From Enterococcus phage VRE9_4, in sequence record PP680570.1: a stretch of DNA of 64,000 nt. The stretch is one strand, 5' to 3'. Below are positions 55,454 to 62,836 of the stretch, in pieces; positions within the stretch are counted from its first letter, which is position 1, and every line of letters begins with the position of its first letter. The position numbers were made by a program, and so were the translations under genes. The notes below the pieces were generated by a model that worked only from the letters and a program-made list of their open reading frames with translations, searched no databases and had not been told where the DNA came from.

Positions 55454-55621
55454 ATTTAGTCACTCCTTATTCTTTATAATATAATTATATCATAGTTATA
55501 GGATAAGTCAATAGAAAAGCGCCAAAAAGTTTAAAAATTTTTTTCAGTGAAAGCGCTTACATTTCTTTCCTCTCTTGGTACAATATTATTATAGCACAAA
55601 AAAAGGACTTTTGCAAGTCCT

Positions 55622-56107
55622 TTATACTAATTCTTTTCCGATTACACTTCTTTTTAATACGTCAATTTTTTCTTTCATTTCTTCACTATCTAAAAATTTA
55701 TTCAAGTTTTCTTTATTAAAATTCTTAGATAATTCAAGAGCCAAAATTTCGCTATCTGTCAATGGATAGTTATGATTGTTTATTCTTCCGCCAACTACTG
55801 AAAAGCATACCTGTTCGTTAGTATCGAAATCTATTAAATATATATCTAAAATTGAAACTTGAAGCCATGAAATAGCAGAATCAGCGTTTCTTACAATTTT
55901 TTTAGAAACTTCTTGATTTGCTCGAAACATTATTACATCAGTAACTCGATTATTTATTGTTGTTACTGTTGTTTTTTTATCCATTAATTTTGGGTCATGA
56001 TTGTATATTCTTCTTCTATACCATGCCTCACTAATACTATAACCAATCATAAACAACATAAGACCTATTAAGACAGCTAAACAAATACTACCAATAACTA
56101 TTCTCAT
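55622..56107 (-). CDS. N-terminally membrane-anchored early protein (161 aa)
   Basis: MRIVIGSICLAVLIGLMLFMIGYSI. Confidence 0.5.
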   Translation of the reverse strand: MRIVIGSICLAVLIGLMLFMIGYSISEAWYRRRIYNHDPKLMDKKTTVTTINNRVTDVIMFRANQEVSKKIVRNADSAISWLQVSILDIYLIDFDTNEQVCFSVVGGRINNHNYPLTDSEILALELSKNFNKENLNKFLDSEEMKEKIDVLKRSVIGKELV

Positions 56108-56178
56108 TTTAAAATCATTCCTTTCTTTTAACTATAATTAGTATAACATGGTTAGAGGTTGATGTCAACCCCTAACAT

Positions 56179-56538
56179 CTATCTTTTTCTTTCCCAGTAG
56201 TATTTTTCAAGAAAATCACAAAAATCTGTTTTTTCATCAATTTTCCATACTATTTTAATTTCATTCGTATTATTGAGCAAACAAATTCTTTCAGTTATAA
56301 AGCCGAGAAAGTCATGAAATTTATTTGTGTCACTTGCTCGCTGTTTATTTCTAAAGAACTTTTTGGGAAGTTCTACATAACTACATCTTTCAGGTAACCA
56401 GCTAGTATAAGCTTTTAAATATAAACTTTTTTTGTTTTCATTCCAAAACATTTCTTCATTATATTGTGACTTTGTTATTACTTGTATAGGATATTTCTCA
56501 TTAGTTTTTAAATTAACTATTTCAATAATCTCTATCAT
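56179..56538 (-). CDS. hypothetical early protein (119 aa)
   Basis: AAAGGAATG SD. Confidence 0.5.
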   Translation of the reverse strand: MIEIIEIVNLKTNEKYPIQVITKSQYNEEMFWNENKKSLYLKAYTSWLPERCSYVELPKKFFRNKQRASDTNKFHDFLGFITERICLLNNTNEIKIVWKIDEKTDFCDFLEKYYWERKR

Positions 56539-56589
56539 ATATTATCATTCCTTTCTATATATCTAATATACCATAGTTTCGGGGTGGTG

Positions 56590-56826
56590 TCAATAAATAT
56601 TTTCATTTAACCATTTAATAAAATCATTATACACTTGATGAATGTCAAATCTATTTTGGAATTGCATATTAAAATCATATTTATTTCGTAACCATTCACT
56701 AAGTGCATAGCTATCAACTAAAGGGCTAGTAAGCTCTTTCTTATATTTAGATAGGTACTTTCGTTCTAGTTCATATTCTAAAGCAAATTCTAAAATCTCG
56801 ATAGCTTCAAGAGTTTCATTATTCAT
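56590..56826 (-). CDS. hypothetical early protein (78 aa), first gene left of the control region
   Basis: TTGACA-N17-TATACT promoter at ~56880-56910. Confidence 0.45.
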   Translation of the reverse strand: MNNETLEAIEILEFALEYELERKYLSKYKKELTSPLVDSYALSEWLRNKYDFNMQFQNRFDIHQVYNDFIKWLNENIY

Positions 56827-57003
56827 TTTGAATACCTCTTTTCAATAGGTTTTAGGGCTATTCATCTAACCCCTATAAATAGTATAATATATAAAACCCT
56901 AATTGTCAAATGATTTTTAACATTAGACAAAATATTTTTATATACATTATGTATGTATATATGCATTCGATAACAGATGTTATTTTAATAGACTATCGAG
57001 AGA

Positions 57004-57017
57004 TGTAAGCGCTTACA
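57004..57017. promoter_or_regulatory. perfect cre-consensus palindrome TGTAAGCGCTTACA
   Basis: matches TGWAANCGNTNWCA at 14/14; identical copies at 48507-48520 and 57491-57504. Confidence 0.5.
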
Positions 57018-57234
57018 AAAGATTTACTTAAACAGATGAATTGAAAGCGCTTTATTTTACGTTTTAAGAGCTTTTCATATTATTTGGCATAATTATCTAT
57101 TAAGCATTATAAAACCCAAGAGAAGAGCAAAGAAGTGTATTGTGGGCGCTATTATTAACTTTTATTAAGGTGTTAGAATAAATAGTCTTATATAAAATAA
57201 CACTTATCAGTTATTATAACAAGTGTTATGTTTG

Positions 57235-57457
57235 GTGGCAGAGATGTGATGAGCTAATACATTGTGAAACATTTCACACATGTACAATCATTCATATAAT
57301 AATTTATTCATATGTATGAATGAACAGATGTACATATATTCATATGTGGCAGAGATGTGATGAGCTAATACATTGTGAAACATTTCACACATGTACAATC
57401 ATTCATATAATAATTTATTCATATGTATGAATGAACAGATGTACATATATTCATATG
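57235..57457. repeat. perfect tandem direct repeat, 2 x 111 bp
   Basis: unit GTGGCAGAGATGTGATGAGC...TACATATATTCATAT repeated head-to-tail (57235-57345, 57346-57456); each unit contains TGTGAAACATTTCACA. Confidence 0.9.
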
Positions 57458-57614
57458 TACTCACTGCCAGTCTGTGAGCATTGTCACAGATGTAAGCGCT
57501 TACAACTCATTGACGCAAGGTGTCAAGCAAAGATACTTGGCGCACATATGTTCGGCTAGCTCCCAGCAACTTGATGAATAACAAAGGTTATTTAATTTTA
57601 TAGTTCGGCATTTA

Positions 57615-57632
57615 AAATAACAAGTGTTATTT
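57615..57632. promoter_or_regulatory. 18-bp perfect palindrome AAATAACA-AG-TGTTATTT (operator-like)
   Basis: second identical copy 57787-57804; half-copy 57216-57229. Confidence 0.55.
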
Positions 57633-58257
57633 AAACATACTTAAATACTTGAACAGATGTACATATGAACATATATTCATATATTGTGGCAGTAGGTACA
57701 GATGGACTAGACCAATCGTAACCCTAAACGATTGTGAAATATTTCACAAGGATTCCACTCAACGTTAGAAATTAGTTGATATTATTAAATAACAAGTGTT
57801 ATTTATGGTGGCAGCAACATAGACGAGTGTTATTTAATTAATAAGGGAGTTAGTGGTAAGGGATGCAGAGGTCGTTATTTAATTAGGTCAATAAGTTTTT
57901 ACAATAGTAATAAAAGGCTTGTTATCATTAGGGTTTGGGCGTTTTCAGGAATGGAATTGAGATTGGAATTGGATTTACGATTGTTATTTCTGCCCATGGG
58001 GGTTGGGTTAATGCGGGTCTTACAGGCTGTTATTTTTTCTAAAATAGCTTTTAGTGGGGATGGTTTTGGGATTTGTGAAAATATTCACAAGTCAATCAGG
58101 GAAGCCGCGGCAATAACACTTAATCAGAGCTTCAAAATTGAAAATCGCATGACTGTCTTTTTTCTACAACGTCTCACGGTTGGGGTAGATTTATCTATAG
58201 TTCTGCCCAGTTTTTATATTGATACCAGAGTAAATGTAAATAAAGGAGGAGTTCGAC

Positions 58258-58458
58258 ATGGCAAAACACGTCATAGAAGAAGAGCTTCTACATGGTTCGG
58301 GCTTTAACGTCGTAACTAATGGAGAAGTAGAAATTACAGCTGATAACGCCGAGCGGATTTTAAAATTTATTACCGATGGCACAATTGATATTGACGTTAT
58401 TAATCATAATATTAAATTTAGCTCTCGAGTTCCAGTATTCACAACATTAGATTGGTAA
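58258..58458 (+). CDS. hypothetical protein (66 aa) preceding tail fibre
   Basis: AAAGGAGGAG SD. Confidence 0.45.
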   Translation: MAKHVIEEELLHGSGFNVVTNGEVEITADNAERILKFITDGTIDIDVINHNIKFSSRVPVFTTLDW

Positions 58459-58474
58459 AGGAGGATGTGAATAA

Positions 58475-60337
58475 ATGATTAAGTTTCACAAGGTTAGCGG
58501 CAAGCCCGCTAAAGTAGAATCTGGCGATGAAAATATTTGGTTTTCTTATCCAAATGGTATTTATGTTGCTGACAATCAAGGCAATCCACGATTAATTTCC
58601 CCAGGGAAAATGGTTGGTGATGCTGTTCCTGTGGGAGTACCAAATGAGCCAGGTCTATTTTATTATAATAGATCAAACAAAAAAAATTATATTTCCACTG
58701 CAGAAAAATGGGTTGAAATTGGCACCGGCAGTATTCCAGGAACAGGTGGAGGCAGCAACATCGCTGGTAATGTTTTAATCAACGATACCGCTGATAATTA
58801 TACCTCGGTAGATGTTGAGGGTGCTCTTGCCGAAATCGCCGAAAAATTCCCATGGTACTTCGGTAGAATGCAATTAAAAGATTTTAATGGTGACGTTAAC
58901 ACTCTATTAAAATCCACTGAAAATTATATTACAACTAGCGCCGCAAATCGCCCCAATGGCAAAACAGGTTGGCTCATCCAACGTAAGGCTTCTAATAACA
59001 ATACTTATGGATTCGTCATTGGCGACGATGGCACCGCCCAAACAAGGGTCAATAATAAGTTCACTCCACTAGCGGCCCAATCGGACCTTGCCAAACTACA
59101 AGATACCGTTGATTCCTCTCTTGGAGAATTAAAAGTAAATGTAGGAAAAGGGTTAGCTTCTGATGGAAAGACATTAGCAAATGGACAAACTATTTCATTA
59201 GCGCAAGATATTTTAGATAAAATTGATGCTGCCGGAGCTGGAGCTAATTTTGTTAAAAAAGCTGGAGATACTATGACTGGTTCTTTAGTAATGAAAGCTG
59301 GTTCTGGACAAGTTTCTCAAGTACAGTTTAGCAGTACAGGTTCTGCTAATAATGTGGCAATATTGGACGACCCAAGAGGAACGTCCAAGAATTCTCCTTA
59401 TGGAGGAAAAGAAGGCGGTTCTCGTTTTAGAATCGCTAATGTGAAAAAGAATTTTGATATTATGTCGGCTTATAGTGATGGGTCGGTTGATATTCATGCA
59501 AATGGTCCTCGTGCGGTATTTGGTAATGCAAGCACTAATGGACGAACTACTATTTTGAATAATAATAATAATGGTGGGACTTCAGTTGATATTGTTGCGC
59601 CTTTCAGTGACGTTCCATTATTTGTTAAGGGTAAAAATGGGCAGCTGCATTATAAGGTTAATGGTGGAATGAATAGTTTGCTTTCTGGTAACAGTAGCAG
59701 TGGTCGTAAAAATTTACGTATTGCTGGTATGGGAAGTAATTCTGAATTAGCTACATTGTATTTTGAAGCATGGAATACAAGAGCTAAAGGTAAAATTCAT
59801 TCTGGTTCGGCTATTAATGTTGGTTTTAACCATGAGACCTCTAAGGGTACTGGCGATGGGGATGTATGTTTACGTATTTTTCCAAGAAAAGCTGGGCTTA
59901 ATGGTGAGGCAAATGCTTTGAGAAACTATGCTGTATTATATTATGAGCAATATAGTCAGACTTTAGTTGTTGACTCATTCAAGGGTAATGCAAACTTTAC
60001 AAGCAACGAACGTAATAATTTTGTACGTTTATCTTCTGATGGTTTTATTACACGTTCTTCTGTAAAATATAAGAATCCTATTAAGAAATTTGAAGAAGAC
60101 GCTTTATCAAAAGTTAAAGAAGTTACGCCTGAGTTATATGCTTATAAAAATGATCCAAAACAAAGTACTCAATTAGGATTTATTATCGAGCATGGTCTTC
60201 CCCAAGAGGTAGTAGAAATGGAAGGGCGAGGCGTGAACGCTTATGCGCTGACAGCTTATTTATGGAGAGCGACACAACAACTGTCTCAAGAAGTAGATTC
60301 ATTAAAAGAAGAATTGGAAAACTTAAGAAATAGTTAA
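58475..60337 (+). CDS. tail fibre/spike protein with C-terminal intramolecular chaperone (peptidase S74-like) domain
   Basis: 620 aa; Gly/Ser/Asn/Thr-rich; C-terminal EVTPELYAYKNDPKQSTQLGFIIEHGLPQEV...NAYALTAYLWRATQQLSQEVDSLKEELENL resembles auto-cleaving chaperone of phage fibres. Confidence 0.6.
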   Translation: MIKFHKVSGKPAKVESGDENIWFSYPNGIYVADNQGNPRLISPGKMVGDAVPVGVPNEPGLFYYNRSNKKNYISTAEKWVEIGTGSIPGTGGGSNIAGNVLINDTADNYTSVDVEGALAEIAEKFPWYFGRMQLKDFNGDVNTLLKSTENYITTSAANRPNGKTGWLIQRKASNNNTYGFVIGDDGTAQTRVNNKFTPLAAQSDLAKLQDTVDSSLGELKVNVGKGLASDGKTLANGQTISLAQDILDKIDAAGAGANFVKKAGDTMTGSLVMKAGSGQVSQVQFSSTGSANNVAILDDPRGTSKNSPYGGKEGGSRFRIANVKKNFDIMSAYSDGSVDIHANGPRAVFGNASTNGRTTILNNNNNGGTSVDIVAPFSDVPLFVKGKNGQLHYKVNGGMNSLLSGNSSSGRKNLRIAGMGSNSELATLYFEAWNTRAKGKIHSGSAINVGFNHETSKGTGDGDVCLRIFPRKAGLNGEANALRNYAVLYYEQYSQTLVVDSFKGNANFTSNERNNFVRLSSDGFITRSSVKYKNPIKKFEEDALSKVKEVTPELYAYKNDPKQSTQLGFIIEHGLPQEVVEMEGRGVNAYALTAYLWRATQQLSQEVDSLKEELENLRNS

Positions 60338-60344
60338 GATTAAA

Positions 60345-60374
60345 AAGAGAACTTGAAAAAGTTCTCTTTTTTTA
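60345..60374 (+). terminator. terminator AGAGAACTT-GAAAAA-GTTCTCT + T7
   Basis: after tail fibre. Confidence 0.7.
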
Positions 60375-60403
60375 CTTGACATTATTTAGTCTATATGCTA
60401 TAA
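60375..60403 (+). promoter_or_regulatory. promoter TTGACA-N14-TGCTATAAT
   Basis: rigid architecture. Confidence 0.55.
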
Positions 60404-60446
60404 TATAAATATAGAAAGACATAAAATATTGGAGGAATAATTATAG

Positions 60447-61466
60447 ATGGCATCATTACAATTAAATAATGCTTTGCAAACCTATGAAGAAAGATTAGAA
60501 TGGGTTAACAAAGAGATGAAAAGAATTGGAGAAGATAAATTAACTCCATATCAACGAGATAAAATTGCTACATATTTAATAGATGGAACTAATCCAGAAT
60601 CTCGTGGAGAAATTATTACAGCTAATCGTTTAGTTACAGTAAATAAAAGAGAAACTTCAAGAGAAGGATTAATGGAAAAGCTTGAAGGAGGAGAAAGTGC
60701 TTTCCATCAATTAATTAAACAAGATAAAAATGTAATTTTAACACCAAAGGTAGAAATAACAGAAAAAGATATTGAAGAAGTACCTGGTTTGGCACAACTA
60801 AGAGAAGAAATTGATAAATTACAAAAATATTTAGATGAAAACCCAGATATGCCTAAAAAATTAGCGGGAAAAATTAAACAAACAATTATTGAGATGCGTA
60901 GAGACCAATATGTTCTTAAAAATTCTCATCGTCAACCAATTTTTGGAAGAGGTAATACAGGAAATATTGAGCAAGATATTCATTATGACACTATTAACCT
61001 ACAACAACGAGATCAAGTATTATCATTATTAATCAACTATAGTAGCTTAAAAATTGAATTTAAAGATAATAATGATTCAGATATTAAATGGATTTTAGAA
61101 GATCTTGATAGATTAATTCAAAAATCTCTTGCTGAAAAACCTACTTTACTTTATATTTTAAATGAAAAAATTATTGGGTCACGTAATGATGAAATAAGAG
61201 AAGGACTTATTGAAATTTTTGGAGTAGATCATACACAAGAATATATTTCATCTTTATATAGGAATAAAATTCCACAAATTATTGCCGATGCTGCAACAGA
61301 AGAGTGGATTGATTATATGTACATGAACAAACTTAAGGGAACTTACAAACGTTGTTCTCGTTGTAAAGAAATTAAATTAGCAAATAATCGTAATTTTAGT
61401 ATTAATAGAACATCTTCATCACAGTTTTATTCAATTTGTAAAGAATGTCGTAACAGCAAAAAATAA
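60447..61466 (+). CDS. hypothetical protein with C-terminal Zn-ribbon (339 aa)
   Basis: CSRCKEI...CKEC. Confidence 0.55.
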   Translation: MASLQLNNALQTYEERLEWVNKEMKRIGEDKLTPYQRDKIATYLIDGTNPESRGEIITANRLVTVNKRETSREGLMEKLEGGESAFHQLIKQDKNVILTPKVEITEKDIEEVPGLAQLREEIDKLQKYLDENPDMPKKLAGKIKQTIIEMRRDQYVLKNSHRQPIFGRGNTGNIEQDIHYDTINLQQRDQVLSLLINYSSLKIEFKDNNDSDIKWILEDLDRLIQKSLAEKPTLLYILNEKIIGSRNDEIREGLIEIFGVDHTQEYISSLYRNKIPQIIADAATEEWIDYMYMNKLKGTYKRCSRCKEIKLANNRNFSINRTSSSQFYSICKECRNSKK

Positions 61467-61481
61467 CGAGGAGTTACTAAT

Positions 61482-62765
61482 ATGACAAATAAGAAACGGG
61501 TAATTTTGGATACAAATATTTTGATGAGTACAAAAAGAATTAGCAGTTTAATTGAAGAATTCAAAGATTGTGATTTATTAGTTACACTTGGAACTCTAGG
61601 AGAGCTAGATAGATTAAAAACCGCTGAGGGTCAACGAGGGTTCGAAGCTAGAAATGGCTTAAGAATGCTGCGAGAAAATGAAGATTTATTCACGATTATC
61701 GATACAGAAAACCCAGAAAGACCCTCTTATGATAAATCAACTGTAGATGGAGATATCATATTCTTGGCGCAAAAAGAGAATCGTTTGCTTTCCGAGATCG
61801 AAGTAATAACTAATGACCTGTCTATGGGAACAGTAGCTAAGGCAAATAGAGTTAATGTACGAACCTTCTATGAAGATGCAGATAAATATCGAGAAGGATA
61901 TACAGTTGTTGATGTCTCCGACGAATTAGAAGATGATACAAACGCAATGCTATTTGCCCTAGCTAACCAATATATTTCCTCTCTTGGGTTATTAGAAAAT
62001 GAATATTTGGTATTAGAAAAACATGGAGAACCTTACTTCTTTGTTGTAGAAGAAGGTCGTGCCACAAAAATCTTTGATAATAATCCAGTAAGACACAATA
62101 AACATATTAAAATATGCTCTTCTGAATTTGGCACTTTAAATCCTAAAGAAAAAGATTATGCTCAGTTTTGTGCTTTTGATATGTTAGGTAAGCATGATAT
62201 TTCACTATTAACTGGTCCTGCAGGGTCAGGGAAAACTTATTTAATGCTTGCAAAACAATTTGAAATGCTAGAAAAAGAAGAGATTTGCAAAATTACTATA
62301 TTTGTCAATCCAGAAAAAGCTCGTGGAGCTAAAACACTTGGTTTTTATAAGGGAGATAGAAATTTAAAATTGATGCAAGAATCTATTGGAGGGATCTTAG
62401 CTTCAAAAATTGGTGAACGAGAAAGAGCAATTGAATATATTGAATCTGGGCTTATTGAAATTATTCCTATTTCAGATATTCGTGGTTATGAAGTAACAGA
62501 AAATTCTTCTTTGTATATCACAGAAGCTCAAAATTTAAATAAAGATTTAATGCAATTAGCCTTACAACGTGCTGGGGAAGGAACCAAAGTTTTTATTGAA
62601 GGAGACCCAACTACACAACTGGATTCATGGGCTTATGAAGGCGATAATAATGGTATGCTTAAATTAATTGAAGTTTTTGCTGGAACAGAAGTTTTTGGCA
62701 ATATTCATTTAAGTAATATTTATCGCTCACGTGTTGCAGACTTAGCAGAACGAATGACAAAATGA
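61482..62765 (+). CDS. phoH: PhoH-like ATPase with N-terminal PIN domain
   Basis: VILDTNILM PIN start; Walker A LTGPAGSGKT; Walker B region IIDEAQN-like (YITEAQN). Confidence 0.8.
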   Translation: MTNKKRVILDTNILMSTKRISSLIEEFKDCDLLVTLGTLGELDRLKTAEGQRGFEARNGLRMLRENEDLFTIIDTENPERPSYDKSTVDGDIIFLAQKENRLLSEIEVITNDLSMGTVAKANRVNVRTFYEDADKYREGYTVVDVSDELEDDTNAMLFALANQYISSLGLLENEYLVLEKHGEPYFFVVEEGRATKIFDNNPVRHNKHIKICSSEFGTLNPKEKDYAQFCAFDMLGKHDISLLTGPAGSGKTYLMLAKQFEMLEKEEICKITIFVNPEKARGAKTLGFYKGDRNLKLMQESIGGILASKIGERERAIEYIESGLIEIIPISDIRGYEVTENSSLYITEAQNLNKDLMQLALQRAGEGTKVFIEGDPTTQLDSWAYEGDNNGMLKLIEVFAGTEVFGNIHLSNIYRSRVADLAERMTK

Positions 62766-62776
62766 TATAAGACATT

Positions 62777-62817
62777 ATGTCCAGCTTTCAATTATTCTGA
62801 AGCTGGACATTTTTATT
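62777..62817 (+). terminator. terminator ATGTCCAGCT...AGCTGGACAT + T-run
   Basis: 10-bp stem. Confidence 0.65.
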
Positions 62818-62836
62818 AAATTAAGGAGGTTTAAAA

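Noticed and set aside
53974-55561. Treating the three early-region cre-like sites purely as CcpA operators
   Set aside because: Not rejected outright, but each overlaps an RBS-proximal ATG (mini-ORF leader). The match could be a by-product of a conserved leader. Reported separately with lower weight than the three intergenic perfect palindromes.
57235-57457. Possible CRISPR array
   Set aside because: Only two copies of a 111-bp unit, directly abutting with no unique spacers. This is a tandem duplication, not a CRISPR locus. No cas genes.
57951-58382. ORFs 57951-58307 (+) and 58191-58382 (-) in the control region
   Set aside because: No RBS. They span operator-like palindromes and the start of the bona fide 58258 gene. 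Likely non-coding.
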